From: an uncultured Alphaproteobacteria bacterium
GTDB lineage: Bacteria > Pseudomonadota > Alphaproteobacteria > Methylaequorales > Methylaequoraceae
Assembly (NCBI GenBank): GCA_902613995.1
Contig: CACMJG010000005.1
Location: forward strand, 13,542-77,541
Direction: 5' to 3'
Length of the DNA stretch: 64,000 bases
A model generated the notes under the pieces. That model saw only the letters and a program-made list of their open reading frames with translations, searched no databases and was not told the origin of the DNA. Positions 40,904-50,143 of this stretch are shown in pieces. Position 1 is the stretch's first letter, and each line of letters opens with the position of its first letter. Made by a program: the position numbers and the translations under genes.

Positions 40904-41782
40904 TTAAATAATAATAAATACCCCGCCTGAGATAAAAATAATTCCAATTAATTTTTGCAATGAGAAATTCTCATCAAAAAATAAACTTCCAAATAAAATC
41001 GCACTAAATTGTCCAATTGCTCTTTTGATCGATTCCATTATAGGAACAAAATTAAATATAATAGCATAGAACTGAGTTATAGTTGCAAATGTACCAATAA
41101 TTACTGTAAAAAAAATTAGATTTAAATGTTTGGTTTTTAGTTTTTGTAAAATTAAAAGTTGTTTCATTGAAATTAAAAACAAAATTAAAAAAGTTGCAAA
41201 AGCTTGAATAAAACCATGGACATTAATTGAACTGTGTTTCAAACACATTTTATCTAAAACGGGAGTAACACTCCAACATAGTGCTACTAATAACATTAAC
41301 TTAGCACTTTGGTTTCTTGTAATGTGAATAACGCTTTTAAATATTTGAGTTATATTAAATGCATTAGAATACAATGATAATGTTCCAAAGATTATAGAAA
41401 AAACACCGAAATATTGGGTTTTAGATAATCCTTCATCTAAAAAAATAAATGAGAATATAGAACTAAATAAAGGAGAAAAAGAGAGAAGGGGTATTGTAAG
41501 GCTAAGATCTGATTCTTTAATCGATTTTAGAAATAATAATGCTGAAAATATTCCTAAAATTATTAAAATTGTGCCTGGAATCAAATATGAAGAAATATTT
41601 ACGTAAAAATTATCTTTTAAGCACCAAATAAAAAAGATTATTATTTGAACAAATGTGAATGACAATAGTAAAACTTTTGAATCAACATATTTTAGCGAAA
41701 GTTTCCTTGTTAAATCGAATACAGCCCAAAAAAAACCTGAAAGTAAGCAAATTAAGATAGAAGACGACAAAATAAATCTCAA
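40904..41782 (-). CDS. EamA/DMT family transporter
   Basis: About 10 TM segments; SDLSLTIPLLSFSP...LDE.LS internal repeat. Confidence 0.85.
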   Translation of the reverse strand: MRFILSSSILICLLSGFFWAVFDLTRKLSLKYVDSKVLLLSFTFVQIIIFFIWCLKDNFYVNISSYLIPGTILIILGIFSALLFLKSIKESDLSLTIPLLSFSPLFSSIFSFIFLDEGLSKTQYFGVFSIIFGTLSLYSNAFNITQIFKSVIHITRNQSAKLMLLVALCWSVTPVLDKMCLKHSSINVHGFIQAFATFLILFLISMKQLLILQKLKTKHLNLIFFTVIIGTFATITQFYAIIFNFVPIMESIKRAIGQFSAILFGSLFFDENFSLQKLIGIIFISGGVFIII

Positions 41783-42001
41783 ATATTATTTATATTTGGT
41801 TTGATTTTTTTTAATACCAATGAAAGTAATAGCCTAAATATATCAAAATAAAAGATTATGGAAACAATTTAGATAAAGATATCATATCAAAGAACTAAAA
41901 CTTTTATAAACTAGTAATTTTGATTTCTAAAAGAATAAAAAAATCTTTGAAAGGAGAGTGAGTTTTAGAGTTTTAAATCTTTTCTGATACTTCTTTAAGA
42001 G

Positions 42002-42793
42002 TTACATTCCTGGCATTCTCATCAAACTGGCACCTACAGAATCTAATTCTTCAGCCATTTGAATAAACTTCACATGCATTTCAAATTTTCTTTGTTGGTC
42101 AATTGTATTCACCATTTCTTCAACCGCATTAACGTTACTTTTTTCTAAATAACCTACAACTATTTTTGCTTGTTGATTTGGTTGAATGTCAATTACCTCA
42201 GTTACACCATTTTCATTGGGTTCAGACTCTATCCTAATGTGACCGTCTAGAGTTTTTTTTAAATTATCATTTTCTCCTGGGGTAAATGTTGCAATTAATC
42301 CAACATTTTGAGGCAATGCATCAGGTTCAGCACCAATTGGTATTATAAAAATTTCTCCTTGGGGGGAAATTGTAATTTCCCTAAATGCTGGTAAAACCAA
42401 AGGTTGTAAACCTCCATCGAGCATTTTATTACCCGCTCCGTCTAAAAGCTCTCCATTTTCGCTTGTCTGAAAATCTCCGCGTCTTGATAATGACGGAGCC
42501 CCACCGTTTTTTGGTTGAATAACAAAATATCCATTGCCATCAATAGCAGCGTCTAAAGGATTTTTCGTAAAATCCATTGTACCTTGTTGAATTGAAAATC
42601 CTCCAACATTTCTTGATGAAACGATTCTTGGTTCAACTCCATTTTGTCTGTTTAGATAAATAGAACCAAAATCTGTAACAATATCCTGCCTAAAACCGGG
42701 CGTGCTTAGGTTGGAGAGATTATGTGATGTTGCAGTCTGATTCTCCATTAGCATTTTCAAACTGTTAAGTGCTGTTTGTGCCATTCTATCCAT
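42002..42793 (-). CDS. flgF: Flagellar basal-body rod protein FlgF
   Basis: MDR...HNLSNLSTPGFRQD, PLDAAIDGNGYF, SRRGDF, LEKSNVNAVEEM; follows flgE. Confidence 0.88.
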   Translation of the reverse strand: MDRMAQTALNSLKMLMENQTATSHNLSNLSTPGFRQDIVTDFGSIYLNRQNGVEPRIVSSRNVGGFSIQQGTMDFTKNPLDAAIDGNGYFVIQPKNGGAPSLSRRGDFQTSENGELLDGAGNKMLDGGLQPLVLPAFREITISPQGEIFIIPIGAEPDALPQNVGLIATFTPGENDNLKKTLDGHIRIESEPNENGVTEVIDIQPNQQAKIVVGYLEKSNVNAVEEMVNTIDQQRKFEMHVKFIQMAEELDSVGASLMRMPGM

Positions 42794-42817
42794 TTAAAAA
42801 GCTCCTAATAATCTTGG

Positions 42818-45800
42818 TTACATTCTGATGTTCACAATTGCTTGTGTTGTTGCAGCTGTGGTTTCAATTGATTTAGCATTTGCTTGGAAGTTTCTTTGTG
42901 CAGTAATTAAGTTCACAAGCTCTTCAGTAATATCAACGTTTGATCTTTCTAAAGAACCTGAAAGTACTGTTCCAAAACCTTCAGCACCAGCTTCACCAAC
43001 TGTTGCTGTTCCCGATACTGCAGTTTCAACATATGTTGAGTTACCAATTTGTTTTAGACCGTTCTGGTTGTTAAAGTTTGCTAAAACAATTTTACCAAGC
43101 GGATTGTTTTGACCATTCGTATAGTTTGCTCTCACTGTACCTGATGAATCGATTTCAAGACCATCTAATCTACCTGATGTAAAACCATCCTGATTAACTG
43201 TATTCACAGAGAAAGGCTGAGCGAGCTGAGTTGACTTTGTAAAGTCAATATCAAGATCAATACTAAATCCAGCTTCTTGCTTTTCATAATGAACGCCTTG
43301 TTTTGGACTGACAATTCTACCTGATTTATCGAAAGTAAGTTCTCCTTCATCAATGAAAAGAGGGAAGTATCCATCAACAACGTTCGCAGGAGGAGTAGTT
43401 ACTTTATTTCCATTCGCATCAACAAATAAAGCTAAACCTTCTGAGTTGGTTGCTTGTGTTAAATTAAAAATCTGTGGGACAGTTCCAACACCAAGATCAA
43501 CATTGTCGAGACCAAATTTACCTGCTCCTCTAACTTTGATTGTAGAGTCTCTTCCCGTAGTTCCGTTTGTAAAAGTGAAATTATTAGTGTCTGAATTATA
43601 CGATACTGTAATTCCACCACCAACTATCCCAGTTGTTCCTTCAATTTGGTTCATTCTTTCTTGAAGTGCTTCGGCTAGAGTTGTGCCGACATAAAAACCT
43701 TGAGGTATTTCAATAATACCTGGAACACCATTGACTGAGACGTTAAATATGTTTTCGTTATTCTGATTACTCAATCGAAATACTTGAGTTAAGTCTTCTG
43801 TTGCAGAGGCTCCAACGGCCACTGCAGGAAGTGCCGCCAATCCTTTTGCTTCTGTTTTTATTGCATTAGTTTTGGTTTTACCCACACCTAGCAGACCATT
43901 ATCTCCGCCAAAGAAATCTGTTGCATCAGTAACAGAACCATCCGTTGCTGAAAGAAGATATCGACCAACTGCAATATCCGATGCTGTTTGAGCGGTTGTA
44001 ACGCCAATTGCTCCATTTGCAGCAATTGTTTCTCCAGTTGTTCCACTGCTAAATTCAAATGCTTTTAATTCACTGTTATATCCTACTTTAATCCCAAAAC
44101 GTTTATCGTTTAGCTGAATTTCTGCTCCATCTGCAACGAAAGTTGCAGCAGAAAATTTCTCGCCACCTCTTATTAATGTTTCAGTTGTATCATCAGATGT
44201 TGGGATTCCAAGATTATTGGTAGAAGTTGCAGTAGAGGCTCCAAAAATTTTAAAACTGTTAAAGTTACTATTTGTACCTGTTCCTAAAATATTTCTATCA
44301 ATTTCGAATTGCAGTCTTTGGTTCAGAACATCATACGAAACTTCGATAGGAGGATCTTGAACATCAACCCAGTTAGTTGCCATATTTGAGGCTCCTGTAA
44401 TTGTTGAGTCAAGAGACCCTGCGTCACTTCCAAGTCCCAAAACCTGACTGGTATTTATAGATGCGGCAGAACCATTAATATTAAATTCAGCACTATGAAT
44501 TCCAAATATTGGATCACCAACTGAAACACTTCCATGTGCTCTGGCAACAGTTGAATCATCAACCATCTTGTTAGTATATGAATGTTTGTTAGCCGTTCCT
44601 ATTTCTCTCAAAACAACTTTTTTATTACTAAAGTTTACATCTGCACCTTTAAATACATTTTCTGCACCTTGAAAGAAAGCTTCAACACTCGTTGAGAGCT
44701 CGCTATATATCTTTCCATCATTATTCGTAGCAGCAATGTTAAAATCTGCATCTGGAAAATTCATACCAGACGTACTACATTCAACGAAGTATTTATTGCC
44801 TGAATCTTGAGCTGCTCTGATGACTGTAAATTCTCTTCCATTAAAAAAATTAGAATTTGTTGTATCAGTTGTAGAAGCATCAAACAAACCTAATGCTCTT
44901 ATTTTTTCATTTACAGTGAGACCTGGGTCGGATGCACCAAAATAAAATTTTACTGTATTTTCTGATTGATCGTACTCAACTATATTTCCATCATTTCCAG
45001 CTCCCATGGTATCAGCTTCGTCATAAACATGAAGTTGAGGGCTTTTGCCGAAATATGAATGGGTTAAAAACTTTTCTTCATCGGTAATTGCGGTAATTAC
45101 CCCAGAATCATTTGTAGTTGCATTGGCTCTTGTAATTTTAAAAGCCTGATTGTGCTCTAAAATACCTGTCATTGTTCCACCGGTATATTCTGCAAATAAG
45201 CTATTTTGAACACCTATTGATGCAGCATTACTAACAACGTCAGTTGATGCAGTTACTGCATAATTATTTAATGCGTCATTCAATCTAGCCTGTGTATGAG
45301 CTAAAAACTGATCTCTAGTAAAGTCGGGTGATGCACCTGTTAGTGTTATGCCCTCAAGAGTAGAAACATAGGAATCTGTGAGAAGGTCAACACTTATAGG
45401 TGTTGTTAAACCTGTCGATGTTCCATCAGCATTTAGCTTTAGTAAATCAATTGTGAGTGTATCATCAACGTTCTGTACGACCTGTATTTTTTTGTCATCT
45501 CCATATGCTGCATTTATTGCTCTTTGGATTTCTGTAGAGAGTTGTGCTGCGTTATAAGAACCTGGACGAATATCAATATTTACCGGTTGGTCACCATTAT
45601 CGACATTAACAGTCATAAAGTTGGTTCCCCAAAAAATACCTGAACCTGTATTACCACTTTCAACAGTTGATTTAAATTGAACTGGGTCAGTAACAATTGT
45701 AACAGTTTTGTCGCCTTCCTCACCAAAATCAAATCCACTAGATTCACCAGTAACCTTTGCTGGTGTTGAGTCAACTAAAGTCTGAAGATCATCTTGCTTA

Positions 45801-46654
45801 AACAAAGGAGAACCTTTTCCCTCCAAGAAATAGTTATCGTCAGGAACTTTAGTTGTTTGTTGACCAAATCGATCAATAAAAATTGGTTGTTTTGTATCAT
45901 TAACAGCTTTAACAAGATCTGGTTCAATTACAGTATCATTAATAACTAATCGCGTTTCAAACTTATTTGTAGGATCAGCTGCTGAAGCTGCCTGAGTTCT
46001 TATAAAAAAGATTGTAGCAATTGTTGGATTACCTAAATCATCAAAGATTGTTATTGAGGTTGAATTATTGTAAGTGGTTGGATCATTCGGGTTAAATACA
46101 TAACCACTTGAAAATTGCTCATTATCTGTAATTACATCACTTGTCGCGGAGACGTTAACACCCAAATCAATTTGGGTTGTTGCCTTTGGTGTTCCTGATG
46201 TTACTGGGAGCTGCAAAGGAACTGCACTTGTCAAATCTTTTGCCGTTACAGATCCATCGGCGTTAACTGGAAACGTAAGGAGGAACTGACCAGATGAGTC
46301 AGTCACGTACCTGTCATTGTTCACATTAAATGAACCGTTACGAGTATAAACTGTTTGCCCTGATGTAAGCGACGGCTTAAGGGAGAAGAAACCTTGACCA
46401 GAAATTGCTATATCAAGAACATTTAAAGAAGAGGTAATGTTACCCTGAGTAAACTGCTGCTTAACACTTTTAAGAATTGTACCAGAACCAATTGATGATG
46501 AAGCGTTTTGTAATGGTGAAGTTGCAAAAATATCACCAAATTCTGCTCTTGATCTTTTAAAACCAGTTGTATTAACGTTAGCAATGTTATTAGACGTTGC
46601 TGAAATGTCTGACTGTGCTCCGTTAAGTCCGGTAAGTGCTGTATAAAATGACAT
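42818..46654 (-). CDS. flgE: Flagellar hook protein FlgE, giant (1278 aa) with ~860-aa insertion
   Basis: SNNIANVNTTGFK, QFTQGNI, DIAISGQGFF, YTRNGSF; C-terminal QDG..G.L...I..SG...Y.NG and LERSNVDITEELVNLITAQRNFQANAK; flgB-C-D-E-F order. Confidence 0.93.
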   Translation of the reverse strand: MSFYTALTGLNGAQSDISATSNNIANVNTTGFKRSRAEFGDIFATSPLQNASSSIGSGTILKSVKQQFTQGNITSSLNVLDIAISGQGFFSLKPSLTSGQTVYTRNGSFNVNNDRYVTDSSGQFLLTFPVNADGSVTAKDLTSAVPLQLPVTSGTPKATTQIDLGVNVSATSDVITDNEQFSSGYVFNPNDPTTYNNSTSITIFDDLGNPTIATIFFIRTQAASAADPTNKFETRLVINDTVIEPDLVKAVNDTKQPIFIDRFGQQTTKVPDDNYFLEGKGSPLFKQDDLQTLVDSTPAKVTGESSGFDFGEEGDKTVTIVTDPVQFKSTVESGNTGSGIFWGTNFMTVNVDNGDQPVNIDIRPGSYNAAQLSTEIQRAINAAYGDDKKIQVVQNVDDTLTIDLLKLNADGTSTGLTTPISVDLLTDSYVSTLEGITLTGASPDFTRDQFLAHTQARLNDALNNYAVTASTDVVSNAASIGVQNSLFAEYTGGTMTGILEHNQAFKITRANATTNDSGVITAITDEEKFLTHSYFGKSPQLHVYDEADTMGAGNDGNIVEYDQSENTVKFYFGASDPGLTVNEKIRALGLFDASTTDTTNSNFFNGREFTVIRAAQDSGNKYFVECSTSGMNFPDADFNIAATNNDGKIYSELSTSVEAFFQGAENVFKGADVNFSNKKVVLREIGTANKHSYTNKMVDDSTVARAHGSVSVGDPIFGIHSAEFNINGSAASINTSQVLGLGSDAGSLDSTITGASNMATNWVDVQDPPIEVSYDVLNQRLQFEIDRNILGTGTNSNFNSFKIFGASTATSTNNLGIPTSDDTTETLIRGGEKFSAATFVADGAEIQLNDKRFGIKVGYNSELKAFEFSSGTTGETIAANGAIGVTTAQTASDIAVGRYLLSATDGSVTDATDFFGGDNGLLGVGKTKTNAIKTEAKGLAALPAVAVGASATEDLTQVFRLSNQNNENIFNVSVNGVPGIIEIPQGFYVGTTLAEALQERMNQIEGTTGIVGGGITVSYNSDTNNFTFTNGTTGRDSTIKVRGAGKFGLDNVDLGVGTVPQIFNLTQATNSEGLALFVDANGNKVTTPPANVVDGYFPLFIDEGELTFDKSGRIVSPKQGVHYEKQEAGFSIDLDIDFTKSTQLAQPFSVNTVNQDGFTSGRLDGLEIDSSGTVRANYTNGQNNPLGKIVLANFNNQNGLKQIGNSTYVETAVSGTATVGEAGAEGFGTVLSGSLERSNVDITEELVNLITAQRNFQANAKSIETTAATTQAIVNIRM

Positions 46655-46677
46655 ATTATTTCTCCTCTATTGTTATT

Positions 46678-47382
46678 TTATTTGTTTGATTTAAATTTTA
46701 TTGCTTCAGCTGCTGAAATTTCCCCGTAATCTTTAGTTTCTAAAATTACGTCCTCGCTATTTTTTGGAGCAGATGCTGCAATAACTTTGTTGTAAACTGC
46801 AGTATTTAATCCATCTGAGCCTTCAGCATTTCCTGAATACGCTTGAATTGTTAATTGAGTCTTATTCTTTTTTATTTCCTCTGGAATATCAGTCCAACTA
46901 AATCCCACAAGTCCTTTGTCATTTGAACCTAAACTCATTGAATGAATGATTTCACCATTAGAGTTTGCAAATGTAAGCCCAACGTCATTAGAGAACAATG
47001 GTAGATCTACAACACCGTGAATTTCTCCATTATCGTCGGGGCTAGCAACCTGTCCTGGTATTAACACTGAATGCCCAAGAAATTGTGCTGCCGTTGCAAC
47101 TCTGTTAGGTTCTAATTTTGAACCAAGGCTTGTTAAATTATTATTAATTTCCGTTATACCTGTTACTGTAGAAAATTGAGCCATTTGGGCAATAAAATCA
47201 CCGTTGTCCATTGGAGCAAATGGGTCTTGATTTTGCAATTGAGTAGTCATTAGCTTTAAGAAATCTTCTTGTCCAAGAGCAGTTTTTTTATTGCCCTTTG
47301 CAGCCTCTTCTTGAGTCTTTACACCAAGTTTGTTTAAGATATTATTTAACGATTGTTCCGATGTTTTTGATATATCTGGCAT
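46678..47382 (-). CDS. flgD: Flagellar hook capping protein FlgD
   Basis: LGQEDFLKLMTTQLQNQDPFAPMDN..FIAQMAQFS. Confidence 0.96.
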   Translation of the reverse strand: MPDISKTSEQSLNNILNKLGVKTQEEAAKGNKKTALGQEDFLKLMTTQLQNQDPFAPMDNGDFIAQMAQFSTVTGITEINNNLTSLGSKLEPNRVATAAQFLGHSVLIPGQVASPDDNGEIHGVVDLPLFSNDVGLTFANSNGEIIHSMSLGSNDKGLVGFSWTDIPEEIKKNKTQLTIQAYSGNAEGSDGLNTAVYNKVIAASAPKNSEDVILETKDYGEISAAEAIKFKSNK

Positions 47383-47394
47383 TTTATCCCCTAT

Positions 47395-47808
47395 CTATTT
47401 ACCCATACTTGCAGTTTTAAGCATTAATGCTCTAACGGTTGATATTACCTCAACATTATTCTGATATTGTCTTGATGCCTCAAGCATGTCGACGTATTCC
47501 TCTTCGATGTTGACAGGTGCTCTGTAGATAAAACCATCTTGGTCTGCCATTGGATGACCAGGTTTAAATTCTTTTATCGGATCAATATCCATTTTTTGAA
47601 CAGTTACTGCATCAACAGTTGAAATTCCTCTTTTTCTTATAAGATCAAAATACTTAGTTTCAAAGATTGGCTTAACTGGTTTGTAAGCATCCTGAGGACT
47701 TGATGCGATATTATCAGCATTAGCTAAGTTACTTGCAGTAGCATTTAATCTTACTAATTGAGCTCCCATTGCTCTTTGTGCTATGTGGTAAATATTTTTA
47801 ATATCCAT
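47395..47808 (-). CDS. flgC: Flagellar basal-body rod protein FlgC
   Basis: RLNATASNLANAD, PGHPMAD.DG, EYVDMLEASRQYQNNVEV. Confidence 0.95.
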   Translation of the reverse strand: MDIKNIYHIAQRAMGAQLVRLNATASNLANADNIASSPQDAYKPVKPIFETKYFDLIRKRGISTVDAVTVQKMDIDPIKEFKPGHPMADQDGFIYRAPVNIEEEYVDMLEASRQYQNNVEVISTVRALMLKTASMGK

Positions 47809-48197
47809 TATTCACCCCTTATTGCCCCCATTAAACCTCTAACTTTAGAATTTATAAAATCCAAAGTTGTTTGATATCTTACTGCATTCTCAGCAAATTC
47901 CATTTGCTCAACAGCAAGTTCGACTGTATTTCCGTCAACAGATGGATTAACCGATTGTCTGAATTGAACTTTTCCTGGAAGGTTTTTTGAAGTAACGGCT
48001 ATATGACTTTTGTTAGATGTTTTTAAAGGACCAACATTTAGTGATCTAGCTAATTCTACTTCAAATTCGACATCTCGAGCTTTGTAGTTTGGAGTTGCTG
48101 CATTTGCAATGTTTGAAGCAAGAATTTCTTGTTTTTGATTTCTTACTCTTAATGCATTGCTCAATACATTTAATTGTTGTTTAATATTATCTACCAT
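47808..48197 (-). CDS. flgB: Flagellar basal-body rod protein FlgB
   Basis: QEILASNIANAATPNYKARD, DGNTVE...EQ..F..N...YQ. Confidence 0.95.
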   Translation of the reverse strand: MVDNIKQQLNVLSNALRVRNQKQEILASNIANAATPNYKARDVEFEVELARSLNVGPLKTSNKSHIAVTSKNLPGKVQFRQSVNPSVDGNTVELAVEQMEFAENAVRYQTTLDFINSKVRGLMGAIRGE

Positions 48198-48227
48198 TTA
48201 ATAATTTTTCTATTTTGGTTTGGAATT

Positions 48228-48243
48228 TGCAAATTAAATGCCA
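48228..48243 (-). promoter_or_regulatory. sigma-54 -24/-12 promoter for flgBCDEF
   Basis: TGGCATTTAATTTGCA (GG-N10-GC), ending 30 nt before the flgB ATG. Confidence 0.85.
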
Positions 48244-48262
48244 AAAGAAAGGTTTTAAAATT

Positions 48263-49255
48263 ATGGATGAAAAAAACGCTTTTAACACAGACTTAGACCC
48301 TGAGGTTATTAAAATAAGAGATAAAATAATTAGTAAAATCGGAGATAAACCACTTGAAGAGGTAAATTCTATAATTAAGAAATTATTAAATGAAAGTATG
48401 GACGAAGTTACCAGATTAGGAGCTTTGGCTGCGAGATTAAAGATTATAAGATCAAAAATCGATCTTTTGTATGAAAGAAAAGTTGAAATTAAGCCGGAAA
48501 AGCAAGTAAAGAAACCTAAGGAAGAAAAAAAAGAGGAAAAACCCAAAAAGTCAGAGGAAAAATGGATTAGGTTAAAAATGTTAGAAGCCGGGGAGGTGAA
48601 TGGTAAACAAATTGACAAAGGTGTAATACTTGATGTTAAAGAAGAGGATGGAAAAAAACTTGTAGAATCAAAAAAAGCTGAAGTTGTTGAGGAAGTTTCT
48701 GAAGGCGCTTCACCTATACAGAAGTCTGAAGATACTAAAAACGAAAAAGAAATAAAAAATGATAAAAAAGAAAGCTCAGAAACAAGCGAAAAAAGCGATT
48801 CACCATTAAAACAAGATCCTAAAACTGAGGCAGACTCAAATACGAATGAAGAAACTGAACAATTAAAAGATAATTCAGAAGAAGAGTCTAAAGCAAAAAA
48901 TCTTCTTGAAAAACATGAGGACGCAGTTCAAGAAGATGATAAAAATGATGAAGTTGATTTAAAGAATGAAGAAAAACCAGGTGATATTAATAGTGAAAAT
49001 ATAGAGCAAAAATCTGAAACAGATGATCGAGTTGATGCACCGTCTACAAATATAAATGATAAAGATTCAATTTCAGATGAAAATGAAAAAAAACAAAATG
49101 CTTCAAAAATAGATGAAAATAAAGAAAATACCGAAGAGCAGGACATTAAATCAAAATCCGAAAATGAAGAAAATGAGAGTAAAATCGAAGATAAGAAAGA
49201 TTCAACTAACGAAGTAAAAAATGAAGATAAGGATATTGAAAAAGAAATAAAATAG
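48263..49255 (+). CDS. Hypothetical protein: helical N-domain, small beta-domain, long acidic low-complexity tail
   Basis: Open frame in ORF track (48215..49255); ATG at 48263 (MDEKNAF) is the likelier start. Last ~190 aa are E/D/K/N/S-rich. Confidence 0.75.
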   Translation: MDEKNAFNTDLDPEVIKIRDKIISKIGDKPLEEVNSIIKKLLNESMDEVTRLGALAARLKIIRSKIDLLYERKVEIKPEKQVKKPKEEKKEEKPKKSEEKWIRLKMLEAGEVNGKQIDKGVILDVKEEDGKKLVESKKAEVVEEVSEGASPIQKSEDTKNEKEIKNDKKESSETSEKSDSPLKQDPKTEADSNTNEETEQLKDNSEEESKAKNLLEKHEDAVQEDDKNDEVDLKNEEKPGDINSENIEQKSETDDRVDAPSTNINDKDSISDENEKKQNASKIDENKENTEEQDIKSKSENEENESKIEDKKDSTNEVKNEDKDIEKEIK

Positions 49256-49310
49256 TTTCTATACTTGAAAAATTATTAGTAAAAAGAAATTTAAACTTTC
49301 AGAACACCTA

Positions 49311-49673
49311 ATGCATAAAAAAATTATTAATAATACTGTTGGATTTGTGTTCGTAATCCTAATGTTTTTTCTAAGTTCCTGTAAAGATGTTTTTTTAAGG
49401 TTCAAGTACCAAACAATAGAATGTCAGGAAAATAGCTTTGATTTAAGAAAAATCTCAATCAAAAATGACAAAGTAGGATCTTTTGTAGATGTTCAATTTG
49501 GAAACTTTTATCACAAAATTGAAATTCTAAAAAATGATATGGATTGGATCCTTTTAGGAAATAAGAAATTAGACTTAGAGGTCGGGATTCGTAAGGATTC
49601 AGAAATAGTTGAAGTTAGACTGAAAAATATTATTAAAAATTTAAAGTGTAAAAAAGATGTTTTCAGAATGTAG
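49311..49673 (+). CDS. Hypothetical lipoprotein
   Basis: Hydrophobic leader ending in lipobox LSSC; two further Cys. Confidence 0.65.
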   Translation: MHKKIINNTVGFVFVILMFFLSSCKDVFLRFKYQTIECQENSFDLRKISIKNDKVGSFVDVQFGNFYHKIEILKNDMDWILLGNKKLDLEVGIRKDSEIVEVRLKNIIKNLKCKKDVFRM

Positions 49674-49684
49674 TAATTTGTTAT

Positions 49685-50107
49685 TTACTTTCCATGATAT
49701 TTTAAAATCGGCTCAATTTCATCCTCATTTAAACCTGTAGCAGTGGATATTTCCTCTAAACTTCGTCCTTGATTAGCCATTTGAATGGCAGTTGTAATAT
49801 TAGAGTCTCCTTTGTTAGAATCTGCAAGTCTTGAAATTTCAAGATCCAACTTTTCTAATGTGTATTTGTAATCATTAAGAATTTTTTTTTGTTCTGATAG
49901 ATTGATTTCTAACGATCTGAATTCTTCAATTAAGTCTTTAATGGCTCTTTCTAGCATGTTAGTTGTTTTTGAATTTTGATCATTTTTGAAATAATCAAAT
50001 AAAAAAGCCGAAACTACAAATATTAAAAGAAGTATCGTTAGAACTACAATAATTGTGGAAATATTGCCAGCTGGATCTTTTTCTATATAATCTCTAAGGA
50101 AATCCAT
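49685..50107 (-). CDS. DUF2802-like membrane-anchored coiled-coil protein
   Basis: One TM, a coiled coil, and C-terminal AIQMANQGRSLEEISTATGLNEDEIE resembling the DUF2802 helix-turn-helix-like tail. Confidence 0.55.
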   Translation of the reverse strand: MDFLRDYIEKDPAGNISTIIVVLTILLLIFVVSAFLFDYFKNDQNSKTTNMLERAIKDLIEEFRSLEINLSEQKKILNDYKYTLEKLDLEISRLADSNKGDSNITTAIQMANQGRSLEEISTATGLNEDEIEPILKYHGK

Positions 50108-50143
50108 GCTTACATATTATTATTAAATTTTCTTTACAACAAC

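Noticed and set aside
41783-42001. 219-bp gap after flgF as a hidden small gene or flgG remnant
   Set aside because: On the minus-strand frames I checked there were only very short ORFs and no flagellar motifs; most likely terminator/promoter DNA for the EamA gene.
48700-49255. Possible tandem repeat or CRISPR-like array in the GAA/AAA-rich stretch
   Set aside because: No fixed repeat unit or spacers; it is low-complexity coding sequence of the acidic tail.
48263-49255. Calling the acidic protein FliK
   Set aside because: FliK has a disordered N-terminus and a conserved C-terminal T3S4 domain; this protein has the reverse layout and no such motif.
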